A stretch of DNA of 63,122 bases, filler included, from Babesia bigemina (Eukaryota), in NCBI RefSeq assembly GCF_000981445.1. It is 6 parts of 6 records of this genome, joined end to end, with 100 filler letters (N's around TTAATTAATTAA, not from the genome) between each part and the next. Parts side by side here need not be neighbours in the genome. Positions count along the whole stretch, not along the records: positions 1 to 26,389 come from NW_012237336.1; 5 more parts are not named here. The stretch is one strand, 5' to 3'. Both the position numbers and the translations under genes were made by a program. A model generated the notes under the pieces. It saw nothing but the letters and a program-made list of their open reading frames with translations, was not told the DNA's origin and did not search any database. This document shows positions 1 through 10,900 of the stretch, piece after piece (the stretch's first letter is position 1; the number at the start of each line of letters is the position of its first letter).

Positions 1-3000
1 TGCTCCGGTAGCGTTGCCGGCGGTCGCGGAGCTAGCGTGAACAGCGATGACAAATAATCGTTAGAGAAGAATGCATCGAGCACCTCGCATATATCCGTAC
101 CCTTGCGAGTGGAGCCGGAAAAAGCGCTGAACCCAAGTGGCGTTAAACACGGCATCCCGGGAGAGCTACCAGGACACGACTTGCATGTTGATTTACATCC
201 AACACTGGTGAGTTGATGAGGCAAGTGACCATATAAGCAATCGGTTAGGTAGGACTGAAGCGGCGATTTTGCTTGGCAAGTTGGTTGGCACGTTGCCTTG
301 TCGTTTGCTTGGCAATTAGGTTTGTCGGTTGAGTGATCTTTGCACTCCCATTTGGCTGACTTAACGTTCTTGCCGAATCTGCAGTCGGACCAACCGTTGA
401 GCTTGGCTGTTACGCCGCACTGTTTATGCAGATACCGAAGGCAATGGAGAAGCCGACGAAGGAGATCAGTGATCATCTGCAAACAATCCTCCCCTGAAGA
501 GGGATACTTAAATCCAAATGAATTATTGCAATAGTCGCTGCCGTAGGTGGTGTATGCGTCGCCGTAGCCTACGATGCAGGTGAGAACATCGTGGGATTTG
601 GAACAAAGATGTTCGAGTGCGGAGACCACTTCACTGTATGGTATGTTGTTTGGGTAGGCTGCTAGGGATTGCGACGCCGGATCTATGACTGTGAACTCAA
701 GACCCTCGTGCGCCTGTGGCTTTTGCTTAGATTTGTCAGTAAGAAGATCACTTATGGTGTCACGTAGCAGCGTTGGATAGACGGCACTGTAAGGTAGACT
801 ACAAAACCATATGAGCATATCGTATATGCTGCTTGGTACTTTGGTTGATGACGCAGTGGGTATGTGACACAGCTCGTTGTACTTCTCTGCATGGTGGAAC
901 AGACACTGAGTAATATCAAGCAGATCGAAGTTATTACGTTTCTTGTGTTCATTTGACTCACAACTTTGGAGATGTTTAATCCGCTCGGCGTCGGTGAATT
1001 GCTGCTCAAGTACTTTCTGGTAGATGTGTTTACCGGTAAAGCTGACGGACGGATGCCTTAATTCACCGTCCTTCGAAGTCGCACTGCTGGCAACGTCAAA
1101 TCCACACCGCTCCATGAACTGCCCAAATGTATTGCTTTGGCGATTCTCAATCGCACAGCATTGCTTGTCATACCAAGCGCCGTTGCTCTTACACTGCTTA
1201 CTAAATGTATCGAGATCCTCGTGTACGATGCAAAGGAGCGTCAAGAACGCTTTGGCATATTTTGCTGCGTCGGTCTCGTCGTACGTCAGTCCGGAGTACC
1301 GATTAACATAGGCTTTACCTAGCTCTTTGGTCAGCCCCTTGAGTCCCTCTTTGAGTGCCTGAGTGAGCACAGTCGTAGGCTCACCGAATTTGGATGGGTT
1401 GAATCCTTCGAAAGCATGTCTAAACGCGTTCAAATTATCGCTAAATGTATGGTCGTAGCACTGCGAAGTTACAAGGCCACTAAGCAAGTTGTCCAAGGCG
1501 TCGTGCACGGGCTTGATTTTCTTAATGTCAGACTTGAAATCTATTTGCTCTAAAAGCGCGTGGACAAATGCATCAAAAGCGTTTTTGAGTTCTAGGGAGG
1601 CTTGATTTAGTGGAGATGGTAGAGCAGAGGACGTCGTTTGAATTGTAGTAATAGCGTTCACATTGCTAACAAACTTGATACCTAATTTGTTCATGAAACC
1701 TTTGAAACCCATATTCAAGTCATCTTCGATTTTTCCAGGCATTTGATCCAACTCCGTTTTTACCTTGCCCGCGAACGCCGTCAGCAACTCCTTGACCGAG
1801 GAGACATATTGTTTTCCAGCGAGGGTCATTAATTTGTCTTCGACTTTCTTGATGTCCTGGTGCATTTCTCTTTTGAGAACTTCGGGTAATTGCGACTCTG
1901 CTGCTTGGACAAATGTCAGTAATTGTTGAGCTTCTTTAAACGCCTTAGCTACAGGACCTTGCAGCTTGTCAAGGTTATCATAGATGGACTGCAGCGTTTC
2001 TGCGTCAGCTGACTTGTTAATTTTTGGTTTACCGATTTTCGTATCTATAAGCGTTTCTAATTTATAGTTCAGAACGTTGGCGGCCTCCGTTATTTCGTGA
2101 GTAAGAACATTTAGGTGTGCTTCTATTTGCTGAGCAATATCATTCAGCTTGACTGGTATTGTGTTGGCGGCCAGTTCGGAAGCGGTGTCTCTTACTTTCT
2201 CGATGGCACTGTCCAAGTTGTGGGCGTGATTCTGTCCACCGCCACTGGTTCTGCCAGTCGCCGCGGTGAGATAAGTATCAAGATTGGTGATTTGTTTCTT
2301 TAGACTTCCCATAAGCATATCCACACCAGCTTGAGCTGCATCGAATTGCGTTTTTATGGAGCGCACTTCAGGTATAGCTTCATTCACTTTTTTGATGTTG
2401 GAACTAGTGGTAAATTTTGAAAGTGAATCGGCTGCACCTTTCACAGCCAATTGTACCGCTGTGAGTACGATGCTAACCACTCTTTGTAGGTTCTGATCAT
2501 AAGGTGAGCGGCGATGTGTATGCGTTTTGTTCACTTCAGCAGTAATTTGTTGAGCGGCCTCTGAAACCTTAGTATGCTTGAGTACTTCTTCAATACTACT
2601 GGCAAACGCTTGAAACCTATCGGCAATATTTTCCGCCGTAGCATTTTGCAGCTTTTCTGTAGCGGTTGAGACAGCCGATTTTACCACGTCTTGCAATTGT
2701 TTGATGATCGTTGGCTTTACACTAGATGCGTCAGCACTTGCGTACTGAGTTAGATACATGCCTACCGTCTTTTCATTCACAATTTCGGTGACCATCTTAT
2801 CTATCGCAGTTTCAAACTCATCTTTAAATTTCCCAGAATATTTCCCGATTCCGTCATCAATTTCATCGAGGAGGCCATTCGTCGAACCTCCCAGTGCACC
2901 ATCTTCTTTACCAATAACTTTTTCAACGAGCTCCGGTATCTGCGGTTTCAATGTCTCCCAATATCCATTTATACCTGCACCTTCCCTGTCTCCCAAAACG

Positions 3001-4937
3001 CCACTTTTAATGCTTACGACTTTCTTTTGCATGTCTTCAAAAATGCCCTTAACATTCTTATCTGCTTCTCTGCTGATATCCTTGAATTCCCCAGCAAGTG
3101 CCTTAATCTTTACATCAACCTGTTCAGTAAATTCCTTAAGTTGAGGTATATATGTCTCTAACTTATCTTTCCAGGCCAACAACTTTTTCCTCTCATCCTC
3201 AATATTATGCTTCCTGCTGGTAAAATCGCCGCCGGCTTCATTCAAGATTTTCTTCACCTCGTTTTTCCTTAATCCCTCAATAAATTCTTTTGTCTTCGCA
3301 ATCCACTCTGCTACATCCAGAACATACTGTCTCAGTTTTTTATCAATGTCCTTGAGATCTGCAAATATGCTCTCAACTCTCTGCCTAACCTTGACAACAA
3401 ATACCTTAACATGCTCCTCAATTTTGCAATCTACATCAATTTTCAACTTACCTAATGCAGCACTAATTTGCTTTTTTGTCTCATCCAGCGCTTGTCTGTC
3501 CATCGCCGACAGCTTCTGGAGACGCTTAATCTCATAGTTCACGGCCTTCAACGCACTGGTCAATCTGGGTTCTAAGGCAGAATTCATGTAGCGTACAGCA
3601 GTTTTCACATCTAGTTTATCTAATTTATTATCTCTAAATTCGAAAGTCTTATTGAACGTTTTGGCGAAGAAATTTATCTCGCTGTCCAACATTTCGTTTA
3701 CTTGCTTCTCCGCCGCCTGCACTTTCTCGGGAACTTCACCCTCATTTTCCTGCGGCAATATATTTTGTACCTTTCGTGTAAATGTATCACCCACCTTACT
3801 TAACAAGTCTTCAATGGGCTTCTTGACTTTCTCATTGGACTCTCTCACTTCTATGTTGTATTTCTCGATCCCTTTAGTCAGACGGGGAAGAAGCTTAGTG
3901 AAACCATCGTGCCCTGAGCAAAGATGTTTGTTAATTTCATCACTTACCAAGTTTTGTAATGTTTTTCTACCCACATTGTATGTCTGAGTGTTTTTCACCG
4001 CCTCAAGCACACCACTCAAAAATCCCATCACCCCGTCACACAGCCTATCCAAGTCAGAGTACACAATCCCACTGCCGTCGTAGCCTTTGGACTCAGAGTT
4101 GAAGCCGAGGAAAGTCTGTAGGCCGTCACAAAGATTCTCTAAAAGGTTTTTAGGCTCATTTGGATGATTATTAAGATTCTTATAATTTTCACAAAGCTCC
4201 TTCACTTTCTTCAAAGCCTCCAACTTGGACTGCAATTTGGCTGGGTCAGCAGAGGGAGAGGGGGAAGAAGGAGAAGGAGTAAGATGGTTAGTAGGCTTTT
4301 CAAGTTGCTCTATTTGATCTGTAAGAGTCTTAATTTCTTTCTCAACTTTCTGCTTAAGCTCACTAATTTTATCGGTGTCAACAGCCTTCTCAGCAGAGTT
4401 GACAGACTCAGAAAGGGTAGTAACAAGAGAAGAGTAAACATCTTTTAGGTCATTTATAAGGTGCGGATTAGTGTCAAAAACAGCGATAATGGCATATATA
4501 ACGGCTTTCTTAACACTCTCACTTTGACCAACAAATCCTCCAAGCTTACCAGCCAATTCACCAAGCTGGACAATCTTCTCTTCAACAGACTTCAAGGCAG
4601 GAGATGGAGGATGTTTTTTGTGAGCATTTTTACAATCTTCTAGACATGTTTTATAGAAGTTAATACTATGATTATCTGGGATATTTTCAACGGTTTTTTT
4701 GGATTCTTTGAATTTTTTCTCAGCCTCGTCATGCAGTCTCTGGTAGTACTGACAGTAAGTCTCCTTATCAGAGTATTTGAAGGGGCAAGAGAGCTTAGAT
4801 TTTTCGGCTTTAAGGGAGGTAGTAGCGTTATTTATGGCCTCCTCAATCAACTTTTTCAAAGCTTGAGACAAGTGCTTAAGACCTTGGTCACCCTCACCAT
4901 TCCCATACCTAACCTGGATCAACCAGTCGATGGACTC
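1..4937 (-). CDS. ves1: VESA1-like variant surface antigen (ves gene 1), runs off the left window edge; no ATG at the N-terminal motif
   Basis: Hand translation gives ESIDWLIQVRYGNG...LCDGLQTFLGFNSESKGYDGSGIVYSDLDRLCDGVMGFL...PGMPCLTPLGFSAFSGSTRKG...TLPE. The frame at 4937 equals the frame at position 3. It is absent from the ORF track, consistent with no stop before the edge. First in-frame ATG is at 4028 (VMGF). Confidence 0.88.
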
Positions 4938-5022
4938 AGTCAGAAGGGCAGTGAAGGGTGACAAGGCACAAGTTATAAGGATGGTTTATAGAGGTCATAG
5001 CGGTATTATGGCGAGGTAATTC
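4936..5022 (-). promoter_or_regulatory. Conserved ves 5' leader containing a short ORF MTSINHPYNLCLVTLHCPSD* (4936-4998), out of frame with the ves ORF
   Basis: CTCGAATTACCTCGCCATAATACCGCTATGACCTCTATAAACCA...AACTTGTGCCTTGTCACCCTT recurs upstream of every ves gene whose 5' end is visible. Function is inferred from position only. Confidence 0.6.
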
Positions 5023-6666
5023 GAGCGATGTAGAGTGGGTTAAGGAGCGATGTAGAGTGGGTTAGGGAGCGATGTAAGGTGGGTTAAGGGGCGATGTAGA
5101 GTGGATTAAGGGGCGATGTAGAGTGGGTTAAGGGGCGATGTAGAGTGGATAAAGGGGCGATGTAGAGTGGATAGAGGAGCGGTGTAGAGTGGATAAAGGA
5201 GCGATGTGGAGTGGGTTAAGGGGCGATGTAGGGTGGGTTAGGGAGCGATGTAGAGTGGATGAAGGAGCGATGTAGAGTGGATAAAGGGGCGATGTAGAGT
5301 GAATAAGGGGCGATGTAGAGTGGGTTAAGGGGCGATGTGGAGTGGGTTAGGGAGCGATGTAGGGTGGGTTAGGGAGCGATGTAGAGTGGATTAAGGGGCG
5401 ATGAAAAGTGGGTTAAGGGGCGATGTAGAGTGGATAAAGGAGCGATGTAGAGTGGGTAAAGGGGCGATGTGGAGTGGGTTAGGGAGCGATGTAGAGTGGA
5501 TAAAGGGGCGATGTAGAGTGGGTTAAGGAGCGATGTAGAGTGGGTAAAGGAGCGATGTAGAGTGGGTTTAGGAGCGATGTGGAGTGGGTTAAGGGGCGAT
5601 GTGGAGTGGGTTAAGGGGCGATGTGGAGTGGATAAGGAGCGATGTGGAGTGGGTTAAGGGGCGATGTAGAGTGGATAAAGGAGCGATGTAAGGTGGATAA
5701 AGGGGCGATGTAGAGTGGGTTAAGGAGCGATGTGGAGTGGGTTAAGGGGCGATGTAGAGTGGATAAAGGGGCGATGTAGAGTGGGTAAAGGGGCGATGTA
5801 GAGTGGGTTAAGGAGCGATGTAGAGTGGTTAAAGGGGCGATGTAGAGTGGATAAAGGGGCGATGTGGAGTGGACAAAGGGACGATGTAGAGTGGATAAAG
5901 GAGCGATGTAGAGTGGGTTAAGGGGCGATGTAGAGTGGGTTAAGGGGCGATGTAGAGTGGGTTAGGGAGCGATGTAGAGTGGGTTAGGGAGCGATGTAGA
6001 GTGGGTTAGGGAGCGGTGTAGAGTGGATAAAGGGGCGATGTGGAGTGGATAAAGGGGCGATGTAGAGTGGGTAAAGGAGCGATGTAGAGTGGGTAAAGGG
6101 GCGATGTAGAGTGGGTAAAGGGGCGATGTAGAGTGGGTTAGGGAGCGATGTAGAGTGGGTTAAGGGGCGATGTGGAGTGGGTTAGGGAGCGATGTAGAGT
6201 GGGTTAAGGAGCGATGTGGAGTGGGTAAAGGGGCGATGTAGACTGGATAAAGGGGCGATGTAGAGTGGGTTAGGGAGCGATGTAGAGTGGATAAAGGAGC
6301 GATGGAGAGTGGGTCAAAGGACGATGTAGAGTGGGTTAGGGAGCGATGTGGAGTGGGTAAAGGGGCGATGTAGAGTGGGTTAAGGGGCGATGTAGAGTGG
6401 ATAAAGGGGCGATGAAGAGTGGGTAAAGGGGCGATGTGGAGTGGATTAGGGAGCGATGTAGAGTGGATTAAGGGGCGATGTGGAGTGGATAAAGGGGCGA
6501 TGTGGAGTGGATAAAGGGGCGATGTAGAGTGGGTTAAGGGGCGATGTAGAGTGGGTAAAGGGGCGATGTAGAGTGGATAAGGGGCGATGTAGAGTGGATA
6601 AAGGGGCGATGTAGAGTGGATTAGGGAGCGATGTACAGTGGATTAGGGAGCGATGTAGAGTGGGTA
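5023..6666 (-). repeat. Array A: 22-bp tandem repeat, gene-sense consensus CCACTCTACATCGCYCCYTAAC, about 75 units
   Basis: Directly visible 22-nt periodicity; the + strand reads GATGTAGAGTGGGTTAAGGGGC / GATGTAGAGTGGGTTAGGGAGC. Confidence 0.97.
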
Positions 6667-6679
6667 ATAATCACCACTT

Positions 6680-7128
6680 GTGACCATGTCATCGCTGCCG
6701 TAACCATGTCATCGCTGCCGTGACCATGTCATCGCTGCCGTGACCATGTCATCGCTGCAGTAACCATGTCATCGCTGCCGTGACCATGTCATCGCTGCCG
6801 TAACCATGTCATCGCTGCCGTGACCATGTCATCGCTGCCGTAACCATGTCATCGCTGCTGTGTTGATGTCATCGCTGCCGTGTCCATGACATCGCTGCCG
6901 TGACCTTGTCATCGCTGCCGTGACCATGTCATCGCTGCCGTAACCATGTCATCGCTGCTGTGTTGATGTCATCGCTGCCGTAACCATATAATCGCTGCCG
7001 TAGCCATGTCATCGCTGCCGTAGCCATGTCATCGCTGCCGTGACCATATAATCGCTGCCTCAACCATGTCATCGCTGCCGTAACCATGTCGTCGCTGCCG
7101 TGACCATGTCATCGCTGCCGTGACCATA
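6680..7128 (-). repeat. Array B: 20-bp tandem repeat GTGACCATGTCATCGCTGCC (+ strand), about 22 units
   Basis: Directly visible 20-nt periodicity. Confidence 0.96.
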
Positions 7129-7131
7129 TAC

Positions 7132-7250
7132 TTGGTCAGGTGTTTGGTCACCACTTTGGTCAGCACATTGTTCAGCACATTGGTCAGCATCTTGGTCAAC
7201 ACGTTGGTCACCAACTTGGTCACCACTTTGGTCAGGTGCTTGGTCAACAC
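7132..7250 (-). repeat. Array C: degenerate 12-bp tandem repeat, gene-sense GACCAAAGTGCT
   Basis: TTGGTCAGCACA/TTGGTCACCACT units on the + strand. Confidence 0.9.
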
Positions 7251-7785
7251 TTAGCCTGGGTGCTAGGTTAGCACTTAGCCCGGGTGCTAGCTTACCACTT
7301 TGCCTGGTTCCTAGCTTACCACGTTGCCTGTGTGCTAGGTTATCACTTAGCCTGGGTGCTAGCTTATCACTTCGCCTGTGTGCTAGCTTAGCACGTTGCC
7401 TGGTTGCTAGCTTACCACTCTGCCTGGTTGCTAGCTTACCACTTTGCCTGGGTGCTTGCTTAGCACTTTGCCTGGTTGCTTGCTTAGCACTTAGCCTGGT
7501 TGCTAGGTTAGCACGTTGCCTGTGTGCTCGCTTACCACTTTGCCTAGGTGCTAGGTTAGCACTTTGCCTGGGTGCTTGCTTAGCACTTTGCCTGGGTGCT
7601 AGCTTACCACTTTGCCTGGGTGCTATCTTAGCACTTTGCCTGGGTGCTACCTCGACACTTGGCCTGCGTGCTAGCTTACCACTTTGCCTGGGTGCCAACT
7701 TAGCACTTAGCTTGGGTGCTAGGTTAGCACTTAGCCTGCGTGCTAGGTTAGCACTTTGCCTGGGTGCTAGCTTAGCACTTTGCTT
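7247..7785 (-). repeat. Array D: 24-bp tandem repeat, gene-sense AAGCTAGCACCCAGGCAAAGTGCT
   Basis: Directly visible; it produces the spurious LAPRQSAK ORF at 7069-7698. Confidence 0.95.
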
Positions 7786-7929
7786 GGTCGTTGAGTCATA
7801 ACCTAATCTATGTGCAATCTAGTTCACATATTGCCGCTAGAGTAATTCGAGACATTAGACTACGTTTGTCGGTTAGGTGAGTAGGTGAGCTATGGTAAGT
7901 GCGTGTAGTAATTACAAACGTGAATACGA
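7786..7929 (-). repeat. Conserved ves 3' element, type 1
   Basis: CTCACCTACTCACCTAACCGACAAACGTAGTCTAATGTCTCGAATTACTCTAGCGGCAA...GATTAGGT recurs at ~32560, 36884, 46557, 52791, 56663 and 57345. Confidence 0.88.
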
Positions 7930-10900
7930 TCACGGTTGTAGATACGATATCTTGGCAAGCCTTCCGACTTGCGCTGCAGCCAACAATGACTGCGCCGTTA
8001 TCTTGTGCGACGACGGTGATCGTAAGTGTGATTTGATGTGGAGCACATCCAGTCTGCCAACCATTGCGCAGATGAGGTAGAAGAGAGATAGTGACCACAG
8101 TGCGAGCACTAGATAGGTGAACGGTTCTCTGATGGTCCAAATGAAGTTGTCACATTCGGTGAATAACTTAACGAAGTAATCCGATTTCAACACTCTGTCC
8201 AGCTGAGAGCAGAAATCAGAACATGATTTAGGCGATGTCTCATTATTTAATGTTGCCGCGTTGCCAAAACAGAAACCGAACTGGTACAGTGTTGCGGATA
8301 CACCCTTGCACTGAACCATCGATGGACACTTGCAATGAGGCTTTGCAGGCTCACTTTCTTTCTGCTCGACGAGCCCATGCTGTCCACGCTTGCATTTCTC
8401 AGCACGCAGACACGTATGACATCCCCAGTCTTGGCAGAAAATGTTCTTGAATGCGTTACACAAATTGTTGAGTTGAGTCCAGAGATCCCACGGTAGATAG
8501 ACAGCCCATGTGAGGTACGTGGCAAAGTTCTTATGAACAAGATATTGATACGCGTCCGAAGCCAGTGTGGATAGGTAGGGAGCACAGCGCATATAACTGT
8601 CCTCGCAACTTCTAGTCATGCATAGGCTGGATACATCGGCGTAGACTTCGAGATGATTCACGCCTTCGTGCTCATGCTGACTGTTGCCATAAGCGTCACA
8701 AAGTACATTGGTAAGCTTACCCGTGTCAGTGTAGAGCTTAATGGAGAGTTTCTGAATAGAGGCTTCAATCTTAGTTTGTGATACTGGTTTTGTACCTACA
8801 TTAGTAAGATAAGGTTTAACATTGACCCACTTATTAACCAAGCTTAACCCGAAACCGAAATGCTCCGGCAGCGTTTTCGGCGGAGTTGGTGACAAGCCGA
8901 GCAACGATGAAACAAGGCCACTACCTAAGAATTCGCGAATTATCTCACATAGGTCCGCTCCAGTTTTGGTTGACCCGGAGAAACCGCGGAATCCCATGGG
9001 CGTCAGACACGGCATCCCGAGCCTAGAAGTGGAGGGGCAAGTGGAGCATTTAGATTTGCATCCAACAGAATCCAATCTGTGTGGCAGGTAGCCCAGTAGA
9101 GAGTCACATAGGTAGTTCATCAATGGCGACGTTGGTTGACAATTTGGTTTGCAATTTGGTTGACAGTTTGGTTGGCACGCTGCTTCGTCCGTTGGCTTGA
9201 TGTTGCAGTGCGATTTGGTTGTAGGTATGTCCCTGCCGTAGTGACAGTCGGCCCATCCGTAGTTCTTGTCTGCGACACTGCATCGTTCGAACAAATACCT
9301 GAGCGGCTGCAAAATTCTGCGCAGGAAGTCAAGCAACATCTGCAAACAATCTTCGCCGGAGCTCGGGTAGTACAAATTCAGCGTGTTATTCGAATAGTCG
9401 CAGGCGTAGAATGTCGCTGCGTCGCCGTGGCCAACAACGGTAGTGAGCAGATCATACGATTTCGAACAAAGGTATTGCAACACCGTCCGTATGCTCTTAT
9501 ACGTGATCCTCTGCGGGTGCGCCTCTAGGTATGACTTCTCGATGTCAAATACGGTGATCTCTCCGTCGCCAGCAAGCGGCGTATCCGGATTATCAAGCAC
9601 GTTGGTGAACCCGTCTGATAGCAGCGCCTGGTACGCGGAAGTGTAAGTGAGCCCTGAAAGCCACACCAGCATCTCGAAAACGGTACATGGCGTTCTAGGT
9701 TTGGGGAGTATAGCGATGTGACACGCTGCGTTGTACTGGTCGACGTGACGCAGAAGGCATTTGAGAATGTCAAAAAGATTAAAGAGGACGTTCGTCTTGC
9801 GTTCATTCGACTCACACTTTTTAAGATGCTCGTTGTCTTTCGCGGCGTCAACCCTAAAACTGATTCTGTTGGCGACGTATTCGCCGTTTATGACGTCCTT
9901 GTTCTGTAGCTCCCAGTGCTGTTTGTCGCCGTGTGATACTCTGAAGCCGTGCCGTAGGAACAATCTGCCGAGATCAGAGGTCGAGTGAATTTGGTGTCCC
10001 TTCAGACTATTGCAATTTATTCTCAAGTCATGCACAGCCTCGTAAATTGTGGAAAACGCGGTCAAGAATATTTTGGCGCAGCGGTGAGCGTCTTGTGTTA
10101 AACCGGTGCTAAGGGCAGTTTCTGTCCATTGGATAGTCTCACTGTCGTAGGCGGAGATGTAGGCCTTGGCTAGCTCACCTACCAGACCCCGGAAGCCGTG
10201 CGCAATGGTTTCTAGCAGCGGACTGCTCGGCTCAGAAAATGACTCAGGGTGTAGGCCGTTGATCGCATCGGTCAGTCCGTCGAGGAGGCCGGGCACATGA
10301 TGATCATACCTGTTGCCGGCTCTGATTTGGTTAACTAATTTCTCGAGTTCATTTTGTACGCAGTCAACAGCGTCGGAGTAGTTGTTTGTGGACCTCTGAG
10401 ACGAAGGGTGTTTCTTGGCATGGTTGTCGTTGTTCTGTCTGCCGATCTCTGCTTTAAGGTAGTCGTGGAGTGGTGAGCAGAAATTTTGGAAGGCGAAGGA
10501 CAGATCACGGACACTTTTTGTCTCCTTCTTAGGAACGATGTTGGCGTTGAAGCTGTCGTAGAGTTTTTCCATGAAACCCTTGAATCCGGTATGCTTGTCA
10601 TCTTCTATGGCGGCCGGCAGTTTTTCTAACTCCGATATAGTCTTCGTGACAAACGCTTCTAAGATAGATTTCACCGATAGAATGTAACTCTTGTGGGCGT
10701 CCGTGATGATATTATATCTCGCCTTATCGAACTCCTGGTTGACGTGATCGGTAATGGGTTGTATTGTTGAGATGCACAGCTGGTCGGCGTGTTCAGCAAA
10801 TGCCCTTGCTTTTCTGAGCGGACCACTTTGCAGATTGCTTTGAAGCTCTGTAAATTTGTTATGGAGTTCCTGGAGGCTGCCGTGCGCCACTTTACTGCTG

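Noticed and set aside
340..4961. Numerous short ORFs overlapping ves genes here and throughout the window
   Set aside because: They are shadow ORFs on the opposite strand or alternative frames. Their recurrence only reflects ves paralogy.
5023..7785. CRISPR array interpretation of the 20-24-bp repeats
   Set aside because: Units are contiguous with no unique spacers, there are no cas genes, and the context is eukaryotic.
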